Of a stretch of DNA of 64,000 nt, positions 61,801-64,000 are shown one piece after another; position 1 is the stretch's first letter, and each line of letters starts with the position of its first letter. Source of the stretch: Macrostomum hystrix (Eukaryota; Animalia; Platyhelminthes); assembly GCA_950097015.1 (NCBI GenBank), contig CATNEN010000003.1, forward strand, positions 6,882,001 through 6,946,000, given 5' to 3'. The notes under the pieces were generated by a model. It was not told where the DNA came from. It searched no databases and worked only from the letters and a program-made list of their open reading frames with translations. Both the position numbers and the translations under genes were made by a program.

Positions 61801-64000
61801 ATGGACCCTCGCACAACAGAGGCCGACGCGTTGCATCGAACGCAGCCGTCAAAGTCTGTCCAGAAGCAAAAGTTCCGGCAGATGCCGCAAACGTCGCCAG
61901 CGGAGTTGGACTATAAACCGCCGAGGATTCTGAGACGCTACACAGCCAGCAAGGACATTCAACCGGAGGAGACAGCACCGTTTGGCATAACAGAATTTGA
62001 CTTCGGAGCCAAGGTCAGCGGCGCGGTGGTTGGCAAAGTCAGATACCAGACTAGTCAGGATGAGCTGACTTGGATGCAGAGATTCAGGACTCGATGCCTG
62101 CGATTGAAAGTCACCTGCAGCCTGGATGACGTCAAGCCTATCAGAGAGGAACTGGACAGTAATCCCGACCTTATTGGTATTCCCCTGAGGGTGAGTGCAC
62201 TGCTAAGCTCTTCAGCACAGCAGTTTAGTAACCATGCCGTGAGTCGGCTGCTGTTTCAAGTTGATGCATCGGTTCCATATAGGACTTTAAATATATATTG
62301 GGATCTTTGCATCTAATCAGGAATCTGTATTGTTGAGGAGGAAAAATTGAAATAGCCTTAGTAAGGATTTTTGGATGCTTAGGATAAATGGCCTATAGGG
62401 ATTAGGGATAGGGATAGGGGATTAGGGATAGATGACCTATTAGAATATCTGGGATAGATGGTCAATTAGGGGATTTGGTATCTGATGGACTATTAGGGGA
62501 TTTAGAATATATGTTTCATTGTGTGATTAGGGATAGATGGCTTATTAGAATATTTGGGATAGAGAGCCAATTAGGGGATTTAGGAGCTGATGGAATATTA
62601 TGGGGATTTGTGATTGATGGTCTATTGGGGGGTTGGAATAGTTGGGTAATTATGGGATCGGTATAGCGGACCTATAAGCGGATTTGGGATTGATGGAGAC
62701 TTGTTGAGGCCAAATCTAAATAGATCTAAATAGACCATTTGAACTAGATAAAGTAACATTTGCTCAATCAGCTGCCATGATGAGCTAAAAAAACTCACTG
62801 CTTCAGGAACTGGATCCATTTTACATCGGTCGGGACACTTTCATCACGGTGTCCAGCGAGCGCGAACTCTATCGCTTCTCATCGCATCGGAGTTTGGGCC
62901 TGTTCTCACCCGACAGCGAGCTCAGACAAGCCGCCATCAGTATTGTCACTAGTATGCAGTTTCAAGCTTTCATTGTCTGCGTCATAATTCTCGACTTTCT
63001 GGCACTGGTGTTTGGTTACCAAGACGAAGTTATCAGCATTGGTTCTGATTTCTTCTTTGCCGTCTACAGCGCCGAGCTCATCATCAAGATGATTGCCTAC
63101 GGCTTGGTGATTGATCAGCACTCCTTTCTGCGCAACGCTCACAGTTGCATAGAAATAGTCGTTGTCGCGTCAAATATCGTGCCACTCTTTTTACCAATAT
63201 CAACCATGTTCAAGTGAGCAGTGCTATATTTGTGATTAGAATCGTTAGAACTTAAACGGGTTTTGATGCAATTTAGGGAAATGATGAGAATGGTATTCTG
63301 GAGAATAGAGTAGCCTAGTTGTAGCCTAGTGATTAGTTAGCGGTTAGGTACAGCTGTGCGCAGCATCTATATGCCTATTTGCTTAGTATAATTTAGCACA
63401 AATGCCCTAAAATTGTTGCCAGGCAGTTGCGTGTCATCCGAGTGATCCGTCTATTCCGCCTGATTGGAACTCTGCAGTTTACTCGCAAAATCATGAAGGC
63501 CATAGTCAACTCTGTCAAGGATCTGGTGCCAGTATTCGGTCTGTTCTTTGCCCTCATCGGCTTCTTTAGCCTATGCTCGCTTGTGTTTTATAAGCGAGTG
63601 CTGTTGGCAAAGTGCGTCCATATTAACTATACGGCAATTTTCGAGGGTGCTGGCGACACCAGAAACTACAGCAGCATTGCATCTGGGTCTTTTGCGATGC
63701 ACAGTCGATTCCTTAATTGGACAGACGACTCAAAAAATTGGCAGCCGGGACCCTACGGAGCTCAAAGGTGCCCTGTAATTACTAGGGTAACCAACTTGTT
63801 GAGCGGACTCATTGATGATAGACATCTCAGAAAGTGCCCGAAACCCTATCAGTGCATCCAGACTACTTCGGGTAATCCCGACTTTGGATTTAGCAATTAT
63901 GACACCCTCATGCTGTCAATGCTTAGTACATTTCGACTACTGTGCCAAGATTGGTGGGACAATTTGTTTATTCAGCTGGTGCTGGTAAACGGTGGTCATG
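61801..64000 (+). CDS. Voltage-gated sodium channel alpha subunit (Nav-type): N-terminus and domain I, truncated by the window end
   Basis: Exons 61801-62190, 62807-63213 and 63423->64000 join in frame. Nav N-terminal motif PLRELDPFY...TFITV...LYRFS; S4 LRVIRVIRLFRLI; GNPDFGFSNYD; pore loop FRLLCQDWWDNL with the domain I filter Asp. Confidence 0.92.
62370..62700. repeat. Degenerate G-rich repeat (TTAGGGAT/GGGATAGATGG) in Nav intron 1
   Basis: Recurrent ATTAGGGGATTT and GGGATAGATG motifs. Confidence 0.7.

Noticed and set aside
44326-64000. DEG/ENaC, GPCR and Nav as a functional neuronal gene cluster
   Set aside because: All three belong to large families; adjacency alone, without synteny or co-expression data, is not evidence.

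Overview
Eukaryotic (metazoan) genomic DNA with GT-AG introns and very dense minisatellites. A flatworm such as Macrostomum is plausible from the repeat style, but this is inference only. Ten intron-containing genes could be reconstructed by hand. Minus strand: a partial secreted, possibly AMOP-domain protein; two tandem MATE/SLC47 transporters; CFAP119/CCDC189; a RING-less PDZRN3/4-like protein; a small RNF11-like protein lacking a RING. Plus strand: a CIP/KIP CDK inhibitor, a DEG/ENaC channel, an atypical class A GPCR, and the start of a voltage-gated sodium channel. Mobile DNA: internally deleted mariner and Tc1 elements, two tRNA-derived SINE families and a foldback element family. About 20 tandem arrays account for most of the long repetitive ORFs in the track, which are artefacts. 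The most unusual signals are organisational. Skewed arrays are polarised around exons (C-rich left, G-rich right, whatever the gene strand). Two introns hold mutually complementary arrays, and in one of them an array of duplicated splice donors faces an array of anti-donor, U1-like motifs.
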